Under the pieces are notes generated by a model, which saw only the letters and a list, made by a program, of their open reading frames with translations, was not told the DNA's origin and made no database searches. Made by a program: the position numbers and the translations under genes. A DNA stretch of 62,412 bases, the filler included, from Deltaproteobacteria bacterium (GTDB taxonomy: Bacteria; JAUYMQ01), in assembly GCA_030698575.1 (NCBI GenBank). It is 8 parts of 8 records of this genome, joined end to end, with 100 filler letters (N's around TTAATTAATTAA, not from the genome) between each part and the next. Parts side by side here need not be neighbours in the genome. Positions count along the whole stretch, not along the records: positions 50,349 to 62,412 come from JAUYMQ010000280.1; 7 more parts are not named here. One strand, given 5' to 3'. This document shows positions 61,425 to 62,412 of this stretch, piece after piece. The first letter of the stretch is position 1, and the number at the start of each line of letters is the position of its first letter.

Positions 61425-62412
61425 ATGAAGCGCAAGCGCAGCGGGTTCCGGGTGCTCATCGCCTTCGGCACCCGGCCGGAAGCCATCAAGCTGGCGCCCG
61501 TGGTCGCCGCCCTGAAGGCGGCCTCGCCGCGAATTGAAACCCGCGTAGTCGTCACGGCGCAGCACCGCGAGATGCTCGACCAGGTTCTCTCCCTCCACGG
61601 CATTGTCCCCGATCATGATCTCGACGTCATGCGACCCCGCCAGACACTCACGCAGATCACCCACCGCGCGCTCGAGCGTGTCGGCCGACTTCTCGATGAC
61701 GATCCGCCGGATCTCGTCCTCGTTCAGGGCGACACGACCACCAGTTTCACCGTTGCGCTCGCGGCCTTCTACCGGCGCGTCGCGGTGGGTCACGTCGAAG
61801 CGGGCCTCCGCACCTACGACAAGTTCCAGCCCTTTCCGGAGGAGATGAACCGCGTCCTCACCTCGCACCTCGCCGACTGGCACTACGCGCCCACACGCCG
61901 AGCGCGGGAGGCGCTGCTCCGCGAGGGAATCCCCGCCTCGCGCGTTCTCGTCACGGGGAACACCGTCATTGACGCCGTGCTCGCGGTCGCCGCGAAGCCG
62001 CTCTCCCGATCGCCGGTTCCAGGCTGGCGTCCCGCGCCGGACCGCCGTCTGATCCTGGTCACTGCGCACCGACGCGAGAACCTGGGCGAGCCGCTGCGCG
62101 AGATCTGCGGCGCCATTCTCGATCTGGTGGATCGTTACGAGGATGTCGAGGTCATCTACCCGCTGCACCTGAACCCGGCGGTGCGGGAGGTGGTGCGCCC
62201 GCTTCTCGGGCGAAAGGAGCGCGTGCGCCTCGTCCCTCCACTCGACTACCACCCGTTCGTGTCGCTCATGGCGCACTCGACGCTCATTCTCACCGACTCC
62301 GGCGGAATTCAGGAAGAGGCCCCCTCGCTCGGAAAGCCCGTGCTGGTTCTCCGCCACGTGACGGAGCGGCCCGAGGCGGTGGAGGCGGGCACGGTGAAGG
62401 TGGTCGGGCCCG
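61425..62412 (+). CDS. wecB: UDP-N-acetylglucosamine 2-epimerase, runs off window end
   Basis: FGTRPEAIKLAP, QGDTTT, HVEAGLRT, PFPEEMNR, TDSGGIQEEAPSLGKP (read directly; not in ORF track). Confidence 0.92.
   Translation, partial: MKRKRSGFRVLIAFGTRPEAIKLAPVVAALKAASPRIETRVVVTAQHREMLDQVLSLHGIVPDHDLDVMRPRQTLTQITHRALERVGRLLDDDPPDLVLVQGDTTTSFTVALAAFYRRVAVGHVEAGLRTYDKFQPFPEEMNRVLTSHLADWHYAPTRRAREALLREGIPASRVLVTGNTVIDAVLAVAAKPLSRSPVPGWRPAPDRRLILVTAHRRENLGEPLREICGAILDLVDRYEDVEVIYPLHLNPAVREVVRPLLGRKERVRLVPPLDYHPFVSLMAHSTLILTDSGGIQEEAPSLGKPVLVLRHVTERPEAVEAGTVKVVGP

Overview
The window is not one locus. It is eight contigs of a high-GC draft genome or MAG (Deltaproteobacteria/Myxococcota-like by gene content, tentative) joined by artificial 100-nt N/TTAATTAATTAA linkers, so no synteny can be inferred across linkers. 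(1) 1-5786: secreted ComEA-like HhH protein, FecR/DUF6600 protein, tungsten-type aldehyde ferredoxin oxidoreductase and a probable IS end. (2) 5887-13186: surface-glycan locus (carbamoyltransferase, MurJ-like flippase, 3 GT4, WecB). (3) 13287-21131: fusA-tuf-S10/spc ribosomal operon. (4) 21232-39148: Nudix, nitrilase, cobB, pgi, a degenerate sigma54-type activator, mutL-miaA, a broken accA, and a fully doubled MCE/Mla transporter (2 MlaE, 2 MlaF, 2 MlaD) followed by two paralogous ~500-aa exported proteins of unknown function. (5) 39249-44017: PhoH with an Ala-starting intein, DUF4388 and TPR genes. (6) 44118-47555: small accessory genes with a StyC-like protein and two internally deleted genes. 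(7) 47656-50248: beta-propeller, HAD, ArsS-like radical SAM. (8) 50349-62412: pseudaminic-acid-type locus with no PseH but with a methyltransferase, a carbamoyltransferase and two NeuB/PseI paralogs, one degenerate. Best candidates for undescribed biology: the heteromeric MCE transporter whose two ATPases carry complementary degenerate motifs, and the modified nonulosonic-acid pathway with a pseudo-synthase. All calls come from motif recognition only; no searches were run.
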